This document shows, in pieces, positions 1-42,213 of a stretch of DNA of 64,000 nt. A model generated the notes under the pieces. That model did no database searches. It was not told the DNA's origin and was given only the letters and a program-made list of their open reading frames with translations. The stretch covers positions 7,564,001 through 7,628,000 of the forward strand of contig CM022675.1 in assembly GCA_012295275.1 (NCBI GenBank), read 5' to 3'. The stretch is from Chrysomallon squamiferum. Its lineage: Eukaryota > Animalia > Mollusca. The first letter of the stretch is position 1. Every line of letters starts with the position of its first letter. Position numbers and translations under genes: made by a program.

Positions 1-204
1 TTTCTTTTGACTCAGTACTCAACCTACTAAGAAAGTGTATATGTATGTGTGTATTCATTAATATGTATGAGATATATATTTCTCATATTTCTTTTCACTG
101 TAAAATTTATTGACATGTTTTTATTACCTATTTATATACAGTAATTAAATTCAAATTGGGGTAGGAAAATTTTGTGGGCTGTTTGGAGTTAGTATTTAAA
201 CTAA

Positions 205-258
<54 letters not shown>

Positions 259-280
259 TTTTTTTTAAATATTTATAAAT

Positions 281-320
<40 letters not shown>

Positions 321-850
321 TATTATTTTTTATATATAAAAATTTGTCCACTTTCAGAATTGAAAATAAAATCAAAATAAAAGTTGATTAAATATTTTAT
401 ATGTGTAGGCATAAATAAAAATGAAATTTTTTTAAAGTTAATTAGTTCTTTTGTTATTTTTATTTTTTGTTATTTATGTTATTTAAATAAAACTGAATAT
501 TTTTATCTAAATTACATATATAAACAATTTTTAGTTCTTTTCATTTTCACTTCAATAAATCTTTTTGCACCATTAAAAATGAATAAAATTTAGTTTTACT
601 TAAATAAATATATGTATTTGTTTATTTTCATAATACAGAGATTAAAACCAGAGATAAAAATATTTTTTTAATAAACAAAATAAAATAATAAAATAAAATA
701 TATATATTTTTTTAAAACATATTTTCATGACCTTTCCACCATCAACAAAAATTTGATTAAAAAATAAGAAACAAATAAATAAATTTTAGAAAAAAATAAA
801 AAAACGTAAACACAACAAATACATATTTGACCCCAGAAGTTTTTTTACAG

Positions 851-27471
<26,621 letters not shown>

Positions 27472-30400
27472 GCTGCGTTTTAACCGAAAAACAAACAATT
27501 TTTCTTGTGTACATACTGTGTCTGCAGGTTTTGTGTGCGTGTGGGTGTGAACAAGTCATTTCATTGGTCGAAACCTCCAGCCTGCAGGACAATCATTGGT
27601 TGATATTCTAGCCAGTCGAAAACCTCTTCACTGTCAGTCTGAAATCTCATTGGTTGTCTCGTCGTGGCTGCCGTTTGTAAGCTCGAATTTCATTGGATGG
27701 ATTTGTTTTGCAAGATGTTTATTTATTGGAGGAGACCGCTTGTGTATATTTGTTCTTAAGTTGCTGACTTTGTTTTGTTTTTTTTAGATACGAGACTGGA
27801 CAAGTACAATGTTTTTAATTAAAAAGAATAAATCTTTTTTTTTTTCTTCTCTTTTCTCTTTCTCCCTTGCTGTCTTTGTGGCAAAGATATTTTTTATTAT
27901 CATTTAAATGTTTCTTTCTCTCTCTCTTTCATTTTTTTATGATAAAAAAGGATACCGTGATTAGAATATTTTTATCTTTTATTTATCTGTTTATTCATTA
28001 TTGTTTTTACTTTTCATGTATGTTTTTAGATCATATGAGACAGTTTGAAAATTGTTTTGATCAGTTTTGGTATTATTATTGATTTCTGATCAAAACTAAA
28101 AAAAAAAAAAACTTCTTACTAAGTGCAAATGTTAATACTTTCTTGATATCTTGAAAAAAAAAAGATCCTTTTGATGAGAAATAAAAACTATTATTAAGAA
28201 TATTTGTTTACATTCTCCTCATAAATATTCATTAGCTATTCATCTCAATAGTTTTAAAATCATTATTAAATTTTTTAATTATTACTTTAAATAAATAAAA
28301 ATAGAAAGCAAACATAACATACATTGATGTCAACTTGGACTAAGGGTTGAACTAGACAGGCACTTGCATTACACAGGTTCAGTATTGCCAAAGGTTGGAA
28401 TAGAGAGGTGCTTCCATTACAGAGGTTTATTAAGAAAAGTTTACAAGAAGAAATTTATAGATAAAAGAGAATGAAAATTAACCAGTTACCTTGAGGCAGG
28501 GGAAAAAAAAAAAAAAAAAAAAAATGAATTATGCTATGACATAAATTTGTTTTTTTTCCCTCATCTATTTATTTACTACATCTTCTAAGTATGTGCACTG
28601 CTAACAGCTTATTTGTGAAATCTTTACAGTTTTCTGATCATTAAAAATAATTACATTTTTATCCTTCAGAATATTTATTTTCTGTCATTTCCATGTGCTG
28701 AAGTGTTTAGGTCACTTGATACAAAAAAAAAAAAAAAAAAAAAAACAAAAACATTTCTGCATCTTGAGCTTTCATTGGAAGTTGCAAATTTCTGATTTAA
28801 AAAAAAAAAAACAGATGTGAAGAATGTTGATAGTAAGAATGGTATTTTTTTTAGATTTTTTTTTTTTTTTTTTTTTTTTTCTAATTGCTAATTTAAGATG
28901 TGGAAAAAATCCTAGTTCTTACTTTATTACAAAAAGGATACATTATTTTTCCTTCACAATTTATATATTACATTTTCATAAGGATCTGCAGGTTTTTGTT
29001 GTTGTTATTATTATTATTATTACTACTATTATTATTGAGAATTTATTTACTGTTCATAGTTGTGCACTAAAATTTATGGTTAAGTTAAGACTTAAAAAAA
29101 AAAAGGATCTTAATTGAGGATGTGGAAAACTCTTTCACTTTTTCAATAATAAATTTACATTAGCATCCATCTGAATTTTATTTTCTGTTATGTATTAAAA
29201 TGTGTTATGGTAAAAAAAAAAAAAAAAAAAAAATTCTGAATTTCATCCCTGTTTCCTAGAATACCACCATCTTGAACATCCATCATAATAGACTTTTTGT
29301 CATCATAAAGTAACATTTGTGTATACTTGATTGTCAAAAAACTTTCCAAGTTTTTGATTGGTTGATGGCTAAATTAGGGTACTGAAAATCCTTATGCTTA
29401 CTTAGTTACCAAAAAAAAAAAAGGAAAAAAGGGATATATTCATTTTTTTTAATTTTTTTTTTATCTGTAAAATTTTATTTTCTCTTCACTGCATGAAGTT
29501 GTTTTAATTCAAATAATAATTAATGTATATATATATAAATATATTTATATACATTATGTATATTTGATTGTCCAAATCTTCATTATTAGATGATAAATAA
29601 AAAAGAAATGAATAGAAAACATTTTTTCTTCTTCTTTTTTTTTTTTTTTTTGTTGTTGTTCAAATGAATTTCATAGTTCTCTTGTATCTCTTTTAAAGGA
29701 TTTTGATCACAAATATTTAATTTATTTTTTTCATTTTTTTTTTCATCTTTTATAATTGTATAATTTTGTCCTGACTTATAAAGCTAGTCTTTTAAGAAAT
29801 TATAAAAAATAATGATAAAGGATTAGAAAAGAATAAAATATTCTTGTGAAGGTCAGAGAGAATGGATTGATATGAAAGCTTACACTGATAATAAAGATAA
29901 TGATATAGCAATTTAGGGATTTAGGAATTTAAGGTTTATGTATAAACTCGGGATTATTATATTTTTGATTTAAATATTATTAATTGTAGTAACAGGAGTA
30001 ATGCTATCAAAGCTACTACTTCCTATTAGTATTGTTACTATTACTACTACTACTACTACTACCACTACTACTAATGCTACTACTATTACAACTACGACTA
30101 CCAAAGCTACTATTATATTTTTTTTAAATGTTATTAGTACTAGTATTTACATTAAGAATGAAGTTTAATTGTTACTATGAAGTACTTATACTAATACTAC
30201 TGCTTTTACTGTTACACCTACCATTATTATTATGGGGTAATATTTTGATTTTTATATACTTTTTAATGTTATTTATTTTATTATTATTATTATTTTTTTT
30301 TTTTTTTTTATTTTATTTTTTTTATTTTAAAATATGGTACCTCTTTGTAGATGTTTTGTAAATTTTACATAAATGAAATTAACAGTAATAAAAAATTATA

Positions 30401-31669
30401 AATTGCTAAATTATTATTTTTATAATAATCTGAACACGACCGACAACAATTAATGCAGTATTAATATTAGTAAAATTAATAATAATAATGATGATGATGA
30501 TGATGATGATGATGACAACAACATAAACAACAACAGCAACAATGATAGTAATGGCAGCAGCAAAAGTAGTAGTAGTTCCTAGGATTATAAAATTTCATTC
30601 ATAACATGTTTTTAAGTTGTATTAGAAATATTTTAGTTTTCAAAAATAGCATGAATTTTATTAAAACAATATGGTTAAATGTTTTAAATTCAATTCATTT
30701 AATTTTTAAAACAATACTGCATCCACACACACACACATATATATATATATGTACTTAGCCATGGTAAAGAGAAAATAAAAATATAGAAATTAAATTGCAT
30801 TAATTTTTACACCTTTTTAACAACAAAGAAAAAAAAAAAACAAAAAGAAATGTCATATATATTAAATATTTAATTTCTATTTAAAAGTATTTTATATATA
30901 TACTTTTACTGGTGACAGCAAATGTTTTGAATGTAACACTTATGTAATTCCCTACTGATGATATTGAAAATAACACCTGGTATCAATTCCTGTATATATT
31001 ATAAATACATGTATATATGTATGATGTACATTCTTCCATTGTTGCTTGATGATGATGATGATGATGCTGTTGTTAGGTTCCTTATTTATTGTCCTTTCTA
31101 AGTATGTATGTTGATTTGTTTTCGTATAGTATGAAAATAAAAGGTGTATAAAAAAATTTATATATATATAATTTCATTTTATTATTTATTACTTCCTTCA
31201 ATAATTTTATTATTATTAGTAGTAGTAGTAGTAGTAGTTGTAGTAGTAGCAGCAGCTGTACTATAGTGATTAATACTGCAACTACCACTACTTCCTACTA
31301 CTACTATCACTGATAATAATAACTGCTACTGTTCCTACTACTAGTACTATTACTACTACTACTACTACTACTATTATTAGTACAGTTGCTATTGCTACTA
31401 CTAGTACTACTGTTACTTCCACTACTACTATTACATTATTAATTTCACTCACTTTTTAAATCAATATTCTTATAAAGTATTATTTTAATCGCTTGGCTTA
31501 CAGAAGTCCAGTAGCATGTATTTATTTTCCTTAATTAATTAATTAATTAAATCTTTTATTAATTAATTTAGAAATATTCAATTACCTAAAACAAAATTCA
31601 GCCATTAGAATTTATTAGGAGTGCATTTATTATTTTTCTAGCATAACATCAACATTGGCTCTACTTAAA

Positions 31670-31704
<35 letters not shown>

Positions 31705-32882
31705 AACACACACCTGTGTCTATCGCTTTTGTTCTATAAATATGTATACTTTTAAAACAAACAAAAGCTTGGTCAAATACGTGAAATAAAGTTAAACTTT
31801 ACTGAAATGCTTTTAGCAAAATAATTATTTAAAGCAGGAAATTATTGGTACATAGAAGAAGAAAAAAAAAATTCTAAAAGAAAAGCAAAGAGTCTTGTAT
31901 CAGTAAAAATGCTTTATACGTAACAAACTATTTTAGAGTTTTTTCAGGAGAGGGGTTTTTTCCTTCTGGAACCCTTTTGTATTATCATAAAGTCAAGATG
32001 TGCCTGAGAAAGTAGGAGTGCCTGGAATATGTAGGTGTGTGCCATGCCTGAGACATTTTATGAATGCTGTGTCCCTGTATAGCTTTCTAACTAACCGTGT
32101 ACTGATATATTTACTAGTTGTTCTGTTTGTGTTGATAATATAATTTGTTTATTTGTATATGCTGTGCTGATAATTGTATTATGAGCATGTTCAGAAAAAA
32201 AAAGAGAAAAAATACACAAATTTATCATGAGTTTTGTTGTTGTTGTTGTTGTTGTTGGCGCTGTTGCGTTGCAGTAGTTATGGAGGTAACAGAAAGTTGT
32301 GTGTGTGTGTGTGTGTACATGAGTAGTCGAATTATCAAAAATATTTGGTTACTCTCCATGCTCTTAATAAATGCATAAAAATTTTGACGATTTCCACCGC
32401 AATAAATAAAAAAAAAAAAAAAAAAAACATTGTTTACCGTCGTCTCCTTTACATAATAAATCCCTTTGATTCATTGACTATATCAAATATAAACTAAAAA
32501 CACATATTTCTTGGCCTTTTTAAGAATATTTTGCGTTACTACCATTAGCTGAACAGTTAATTGTTATCGACTCCTCTTTACACAACTTTGGACGCGGCCA
32601 TATTTGCATAATCACGTGATACTACACGAACGAGGTCAGTGTTACGTTAATTAGGTATAATTATTATCTTTACTTGTGAAGCAGAAATACTATTTGAAAA
32701 GCGTAAAGAGTAGGGACTTACCTAGGGGTATGCCAAATGTTCAAAATATCGAGTTTTATTATTATTATTATTTAGTGATCTAAGTTGTGATTGGTTATAA
32801 TTATTACCAATCTGCGGCAACTTCTTTGAAAACTTGATAACAGTTACATTGCCTAACGTGTCCTAAGGTTTCTGATTAAATC

Positions 32883-32931
<49 letters not shown>

Positions 32932-32968
32932 TAAAATATATATATATGAAAACAAAAAATTCGAAGCC

Positions 32969-33014
<46 letters not shown>

Positions 33015-33140
33015 AGCGCATGTGCTTATATAAATTATTTGGATGTAAGATTAAAGTACTAGGTAGAATAATAACACTGCTACTACTACTACCACCATTA
33101 CTACTGCTACTACTACTACTACTAGTAGTAATAATAATAA

Positions 33141-33171
<31 letters not shown>

Positions 33172-34099
33172 AAGAAAAATAGTAGTAATAATTGTAATGA
33201 TGATAATTTCATAACTATAAAATAATGCATAGGACTGTGGGATTAATAAATCGTATTTGCACTTTTTTATATGTGCGTGTGTGCGTGCGTGAGTATAAAT
33301 ACGTATTATATATTTTAAATGAACAGATAAACTGCCTGACATTAAGTAGAAAATGTATCCAATCGTTTTCCTTTTAAACAGAACCGCACGAAAATATTTA
33401 CGGAACTTAATCCTAAAAACTGTTGCATTTAAAAAGCCGGTATTTCATAGAATTACCCGCTTTCTGGATGAATAAAAAGGTATTAGAGTTAAATTGTTGT
33501 TTCAGAACTCAAAAGAATATCTGACACATCCGAACACTAAACAGACAGCCATGTTAACGATAAAATGACATCGGACACCTCCGTCAGTTTCCGGTGACAC
33601 TCGGAATGGCCACCCGGAGATTCCGCTGAAAGCTCCCGCGACGCAACGCGAACATCTCCGAACTGAGACTCGTCTACGTAGACCGCGTTCTAAAACCGCG
33701 CACAAAAGACACGTGCTGTTACCCGCCTTAAAATATATTTTACTTGGCGAATTATGTTCTTTAAATCAGAGTCGAGTAATATATAGACTTACTTGCTATA
33801 AATATATCAAATTGCAGTCTGAGAAAAAAAGAAAAGAAAAAGAAGTGAGGGTATGAAATGGGGGGATGGGTTGATTTATCACAGCTGTTAGTGCAGTTTT
33901 TAAAACACAGACTGACAGTTACCAGTAAGGATGAATTTGAGGGCGATTTTTGGAGAAAAAAAAAAAAATAATAATAATAAATAAAGACATAAAAAATAGG
34001 GTGAAAATTAGTTTAAATTAACAGGGTATGTATTAAGAAAATCCGTATGTTCACGTAGGAACGTATTATATATATGTATGTGTATGTATGTATGTATGC

Positions 34100-34132
<33 letters not shown>

Positions 34133-34219
34133 TTATGTATTTATGTATGTATGTATGTATGTATGTGTGTGTATGTATGTATGTGTGTGTGTATGTGTGT
34201 ATGTATATCTATATCTATA

Positions 34220-34254
<35 letters not shown>

Positions 34255-34359
34255 CTTTATTTAATTATGTATATGTATGTATGTGTGTGTTTGCATGTAT
34301 AAAATGCCACAAATTCTAACCATAATAGAAAAGAGAAAAATATTTAAAAGTAAAATTTG

Positions 34360-34428
<69 letters not shown>

Positions 34429-34988
34429 ATCCCTAATTTATTACTTGAAGGAAACACTGTGATACATTATCGTCCATTATAAAAAAAAACTTCCAAATCA
34501 AAGACGACGACAACAACAGCAAGTATACAGACTTGCATTACGTACGACCTACTTTTTTTTTTTTTTACTTCGTGCTCACAAACCATATCTTTTATAACAT
34601 GCCTCAATCAGAAGATAAGAAGATAACCATCTCGTTGATAAAAGAATATAATTGCCCTAGAAAGCCGGCTATATGAGAACGGAGATCTCGAAAAAAAAAA
34701 AAACCAAGAAAAAAAACCTGCAGGCTTCTTTTGCCGTACAAAAGAAGGACTAGACACGCATCGCGTACCAGGAATTATGAAAAATGCGGACGGCTGTAAG
34801 ACGTATGCACATGAGATCGAGTTTATTGTGAACGGGTCCTGAAAGCTGTGATCCGTGGATGGTCCCAAACGCGACGCACGTCAGCAGGGTGCTGCAAAAC
34901 GACGGACGCCTTCGAAAAGACTCGCAGCGCAGAACAGTTTTTATACCTGCCAGAGAATGTTTTTAAAATTTTGTTTAATTTTTGTTAT

Positions 34989-35024
<36 letters not shown>

Positions 35025-35725
35025 TATTTATAATTATTATAATTATTATTATTATTATTTCATGTTTCCTCCTGAGCGTTTTAAAGACCAGCTGTTCATA
35101 TACAATGTTATATAACAACTAGAAATTAAATAAAAAATATTTTTTCTTTGCTAATGTAATGGTTTGAGAATAATAATAAAAAAGACGTTTTCAAAGCTTT
35201 CCTTTAAAAAATATTTTAAACGTCACGCACACACTCACTCACACACACACACACACACACACACATATTAAATTTAATATTATCAAAATACGTTTCAAAG
35301 CTTATTTAAAAAAAAAAAAAATTAAGTTTTTAAATATCAAAATCAGCTTCAAAGCTTCAGTTCAAAAATGTTTAACTTCTGAAAAGCAAAACACGCATTC
35401 AAAACTGCTTTTTAACAAATATTTTTAACTTCGAAAAATACAACAGCATTTACTCTATTTAATTTTAAGCCATTATTTGCTTAACCTACATGAACACATC
35501 AACAATAATTGTTATTATCAATAATACAATACTGGTTTTATATAATATAATATGATATGATATGATATATGATACGGTATGATATATATGATAATGATAT
35601 AATATAAAAATAATATAATATAATATAAAAATAATATAATATAATTATAATATAATATAAACAAATAATATAAAATAATATAATATAATATAATATAAAT
35701 ATAATATAATTATAATATAATATAA

Positions 35726-35773
<48 letters not shown>

Positions 35774-37216
35774 AAACAACAACAACAATGAAAATATAAA
35801 ACATATAAAAAGTAAAAATAAAAATAAAGGAGCCGTGATATCACTTTAGTAGTTGTACTAGGGTCAACGAGAACACTTTTTTTTTGCTAACGCGAACGAT
35901 AATCCTGGGAAGAGTTTTAAATGGGAAACAGCGTCTGGGATATTATCTAAATATTTCGACAACTTGCTACAAAACTGGCCTGTTGTTACAGCAAACTGGC
36001 CTATAGACAGAGTCACGTCTAAACGATGTCAGTTTCTGTTGTGTCTTGTTGAAGATCCATACATCGAAACACGTCTGCTTTCAAACGGCTCGAATGGCGG
36101 GTTGTTTTCAGTTTTCTCTCTAAACGACACGACTTACGGTAGAATAGCAATTATTTAAAAAAAAAAAATAAAAAAAAAAAAAATTAAAATGGCGTCGTGC
36201 GAACGAGATGTTAAAATGATCGAATAAGAATAATGATGATGATGATAATGATGATAACGATGATGATGGTGACTGCATCTATAATAGTAGCAGTATTAGA
36301 AGTAGTAATAAGAGTTGTATTAGAATTAGTTGAAGAAGTGTTAGCAGTAGCAATATTAGTAAGATGTTTATTAGTAGTTCTAATTATTATTGTACTACTA
36401 ACAATAATCTAGTAGTAAAAAAAATAAAAGTAGCAGTAATAGAACTAGTATCAGTTAATTTTAGTTGTAGTAATGGTTGAAGTAGAAGCAGCAACAGTAG
36501 CAATAATTAAAAAACGAAAATTTATTTATACATCTAGTAGTTACAATTCTAATACTATTGCTAAATTAGTATTAATAAATTTATTCATTTATTTATTTAT
36601 ATATTTCTTTCTTTCTTTCTTTATTTATTTTAAACATTATTTCACATTTTCATTTTGTCTGTAATCCAGTTTCGATCCTGGATCTGTCAGCTCTAATAAA
36701 ACTCGTCTTTCTTTAACACTAAATTAGTGTGCATCGCTAGAAAAGTGTACCGATTACAAATTTGTAAGCCATGTTTTGATTGGATAATTGGTTTTACAGA
36801 TTTAATAAACCTATCAATGGTTGGTCTGTTTTTGTTTTAGCACGAGACGCAAGAATTATTACCTGTTACATTTGTACTATCAACGCGAATATTATCACTA
36901 CCATTATTACAACTTGTACAACTACTATTACTACAACGACTACGAAACTATTACCTATTACCATTACTATCATAACCACTATGTCCATTGCTGCTGCTAC
37001 TACTATTACTACAACTACAGCTATGCTACGTACTGCATTTACCACTATACCTGCTACTATTACAACAACAATACTATTAGCAGCACTACTACTACTATTT
37101 TTACTGCTATTATTACTAACTGTTATTATTATACTAATGTATTTTAACAACAATTATTACAAAAAAATACAATAACAATAAAAAATGATCGTTGTCTATA
37201 TAATAATAATATTAAA

Positions 37217-37252
<36 letters not shown>

Positions 37253-37719
37253 CATTTACCGAGATCCCCAGACAGGCTTTTGTAAAACCTTCGTGGCTCC
37301 AACCAATCAAAATTCTCCGAATCTGAGAAAACACAGAGCTTCAGAGAAGTATTATTAAATACCTGCCCACTGTTTGTCACACCTGAATACATTTACCTGT
37401 TTCATTAATCAAGTGAAATTTACCTGATTAATTAATCCGCATTTGTGGCTAGACTCCGATAATCTGCTTAATTGTTAAAACAACTTGTATTTTTATGCTG
37501 TATTTTGGAAGTGATGTTTATTGTTGTTTATATAAGGTGAGACTTAAATAAAATACGCGAATGTCTGTCTGTCTGTTATACAGTCTTAGCTTGTAGATAA
37601 CGCTGACATTTAGAAATAAATGAAAACCTGCATATAGATATATACAGATATATAGATGTAGATATAGATACTGCTTACAATATGAGCGGGCGTACAAATA
37701 TTGATTTATCGTAAATAAA

Positions 37720-37851
<132 letters not shown>

Positions 37852-37964
37852 TACATATATATATAGATATATATACACACACACACATATATATACAAAT
37901 ATAAAAAACCCCAACAAAAACAATATGATGATGTGATACAGAAGACAGTAAAGCTATAAACTGA

Positions 37965-38003
<39 letters not shown>

Positions 38004-39337
38004 ACTTACACCACTATTAACCAATAACACAATGTACACTGGTATATACACAGAAGCTGTCTTGTACAGACTGGATTTCACTCGAATAGCGAACTACGAT
38101 GATTTACGATGAAATACACTTTTAACTTTTGAGGAAGGAAATAAATTTTGTGCCCAAGGTTTCAGTATCGCTTAATCCGATTAATCTGCACACGTGATAC
38201 GATCATTGTCACCGACTGACAGACGCACGGCTGGGGTGTAACGATATACTATAAGTGGCAGTTAAAGTAGAAACTATTTTTATTTATTTTTAACGTGATG
38301 GTATTTTCTCCATCGCTGCCATCTTTTTTTTTTTTTTTTTTTTTTTTTTCTTCTTCTGTTTGATAGAGATTTTAGGTGTTTTTTTCCATGATAAATGTGA
38401 TGAAGGTTGTTATGGTTGTTGTTGATATTCTTGTAGTTGTAGTTGTACTAGTTGTTGTTGTTATTATTATTATTATCAGTGTTGTTGCCATGATTGTTAT
38501 TACCATTATTTTCATAATTGTTGGTGTTGTTATTGTTGTTGTTGGTATCATCAATATTATTATTGTTATTGATATTGTTACTGTTATTATTATTATTAGT
38601 AGTAGTAGTAGTAGTAGAAGTAGTAGTAGCAGCAGTAGTAGTAGTAGTAGTAGTAGCAGTAGTAGTTCTGGTAATAATTTAGTAAGGAAAAGATAAAAAA
38701 AAGAAGGACATTAACATTATTATTCAAATAAAATTTCATTTACATTATAACATTATAACAGTTATTGATCTATTCATAATAATAATAATATAATAATAAT
38801 GATGATTATGGTGATGATGATGATGATGGTGGTGATAAAGATGAAGACGATGATAATGATAATGACGATGTTAACGATCACAATAAATAAATAATAATTA
38901 TTAACAGCATTTTTTACTTTGCTTCAAATACGTTTATCCACAAACAAAAACATTAACATAAATTATGCCTCATAATTAACATCGACTTCGGTCACGTGTT
39001 CTCTTATTTACATATTACGTCTAGTCTTCATTTATGTAATGAAATAACGAACACTGATTTTAGAATAACACTGAATAAACTGCACTGATTGGTTCACAGA
39101 TTAGCGACACGTTTGTAAGACGTAATTTGATTGGATAATGATTCCTGTAGATTTGATAAGCCAGACGGTAGCTGGTTGTTTTCGTATGAAGTCTGCGCAA
39201 TGTTCTGCAGACGACTGAAATTACCGTGTGACGTAAATTATGCGCGCCATTATTGTTTTATGAAGTAAAAAAAAAAAAAAAAATATTATAAAATGTATTG
39301 TTAATTGTCTGCATGTTTTGATTTTAAAGGGCATCTT

Positions 39338-39427
<90 letters not shown>

Positions 39428-40593
39428 AATAATAATAACAATAATAATAATAATAATAACAGTAATAATAATAATAAAAGTAATAATAATAATAATCATA
39501 AAGTAGCCTGAACGAAATATATATATAGATAGAGTGTGAATTAGAAAGAGTGAGAGAAAGAAAGTAATAGTAGTAGTAGCTGTAGTAGCAGAAGTAATTT
39601 CACAAGGCTAAACATTTTCGCACATGTTTGCCGAAATCAGATGCATATATACGTATCTGCAATAATATTTATAAGTTTTGTTGAACCATAAAGGTGTAAT
39701 TACTAAAGTGACAGCTATATTTTATCCATTTATTGAAAACAGACTGATTTAAAACAAGGAATGTACAATAGCAAACATTAATGAAATATACGAGATTTCT
39801 AAATTTACAAGGGTGCATAAAGAATTTTCGAAAATTTCGGAAATAAAGGTACAGTTAGATACAGTTAGGAATAATGAAAAATCATTTTAATAAAGGATTA
39901 ATTAATGATAATCTCCTTAATCCTTGACGAGACCTGGATAATCCGCTGAAACTGCTAAACAAACATTTTCTTAGACTGTCGATGAATTTATCAGAAATCA
40001 AAACTGTTTACTACTAATCCCGTCAAAGCTAACAGTTTACAACAAAGAGTAAAGCCAACTAAAATAAACAAGTAAACAAACAGTAAAGCTAAGAAAGAAA
40101 CACGAAATGAGAGAAGGTATTTAGAGAAAGACAAAAAAAAAAAAAAAAAAAAAGATAAATTAAAATACTAATCGAGGAATAGCAATTAGCAATATAAATA
40201 AATAAATAAATAAATAAAAATAAAATAAAATGGATCATTAAATATTTACTGGGTAGCCACAACAATAGTGACAGTGGTATCAATGATAACAGTTTAACTG
40301 ACAACGATAATGATGATTATGATGATGATAATTCCAGCAATAGTAGACTAGGTGTAAATGCAGTAGTAGTAGTAGTAGCAGCAGCAGTAATAGGAACAGT
40401 AGCAGCAATACACAAAGGAAAAATAGATTAGTAATAATAATAATAATAGTAACAAGAAGACTAAAGATAAATATCTGCATATTAATTATTTTATTTATTC
40501 ATCATTTTATATCAGTTATTCACTTAAAATAAATAATATATCAGACATTTTTAAAAATGGAAAACATTCAGTTACACGCATGTATCCACATAC

Positions 40594-40672
<79 letters not shown>

Positions 40673-41711
40673 CCCATGCTTGCACGCGCACACAAACTTA
40701 ACACATATACACACAAATCCAGCCTAACACTTCCTCAACTCCAAACTACCACTAATCCGCCATCAAGATTTTGATTTCTTCATTAACTCCCTTCCCCCCA
40801 ACCAGGTTCAGTCATCAAACTTCGCAGGGCGCGGTTAAAACAAACAAACAAACAAAACGTAAAACTTCGCTAATTTCCTTGGATCCATTCACATCTCGAC
40901 TACTGGCTCAAATACCCAACAATGACGTCACTAACTACTAATTGTTTTCGCTTTATTTCTACCCGACGTTTCGGCAGACGAAATCAAAAAAAAAAAAAAA
41001 AAAAAAAAAAAAGCGGGAAGCGACGGGCGGCAGCCGAGTTGAGCAGACAAAAAAAAAAAAAAAAAAAACATGTCTACCGCCACTGTTCTCCAATCAACGT
41101 ATCGGAGCATTGCACTTTTCGCCGGCGCCCTTCGATTTTTACAAATCCTTCAACGTTTATCCTTAATCACTTTCTTAAACTGCTTGTCGGCTGGTTTTCA
41201 ATTGTTTTAATCAGTGATGATAATTTAGAAGAAAAAGAAAAAAAAAAAAAAAAAAAATAAGCCTAGACGTCTGCGGAGTTTGTCAATGACACCGGCTTTT
41301 GTTTCGTCTGGCGGTTTTGTAAAAAAAAAAAAAAAATTTTTTTTTTTTTATATAAAACATGGTCGCGGTGATCTCACTTCACCAGTTTCACAGCACGAGC
41401 TCAAGGGGTGGGACTAAAAGTCGAACTGCTCACTTATTCGCCGAGAATTGCCGAACATTATTATTATCGTACTTGAGAAATCAACTACCGCGAACTAGTT
41501 TTATATCGAGGCGATGTGAAGTGGGATGTAACAGACAAGCAAATGAAGTGTTTTCATGAACAGAGAGAGAGGGGAAAAAAAATAGAAGAAAAAAAAGAGA
41601 TAGGATTAGTAGTCTGCTTGTGTTTTTAGAAGATAAGAAAATAGAGAGAGAGAGAGAGAGAGATAAGCCAGTATTAGGATTTACCTTTATGAGTGAAAAC
41701 GAAGAGGAACT

Positions 41712-41825
41712 TTAGGCCTACGTTCTTCAGAACTTAAAGACGATATTAGGCCTGCGTTTATAGGAAGATAGAAAGAAAGATACGCCCCATAGGCCTTCGA
41801 TTTCAGGAAGATAGAAAGAAAGAAA
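41712..41825. repeat. three degenerate ~35-45-bp direct repeats (taggcct.cg.tt..aggaagatagaaagaaaga)
   Basis: Units start near 41713, 41747 and 41790. Confidence 0.6.
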
Positions 41826-42213
41826 GGAAAAAAAAAAAAAAAAAAAAACAACAACTTGTGGTTGTTTTAAATGCAAGAGGTACAGAAAGAGAAAAAGATA
41901 AAACAACAACAACATCAAGCTGGAGATTTTCTGGAAATTAAAAAAAAAAAAAAAACCTAATAAAAACGAGACCAATTGGAAACGATGTTAATTAAGCTTT
42001 GAAATTAAATTTCATTAAAAAAAAAAAAAATTGAAAAAATTGGAAAATTTATAAATTTATAAATTTATAAATTAATTCCAGATTGGATTTCTATCAACGA
42101 TGCTCGTTTAAAAATTCGTCATTCAGTTTTGATTTCTATTCGGATTAAAACGATAATAATAATAACAACAACAATAATAATAATAATAATAAAATCGTGT
42201 GTAACAAAAAAAA

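Noticed and set aside
28335-28430. Two ~45-bp degenerate direct repeats as a possible MITE remnant
   Set aside because: No terminal inverted repeats or target-site duplication could be identified.
29565-29576. TGATTGTCCAAA equals the first 12 nt of miR-219
   Set aside because: The match stops at 12 nt and no complementary arm or hairpin is visible.
33502-34950. Short GC-rich ORFs at 33502-33705 and 34608-34868 as a hidden gene
   Set aside because: No recognisable domain and no phase-consistent splice chain.
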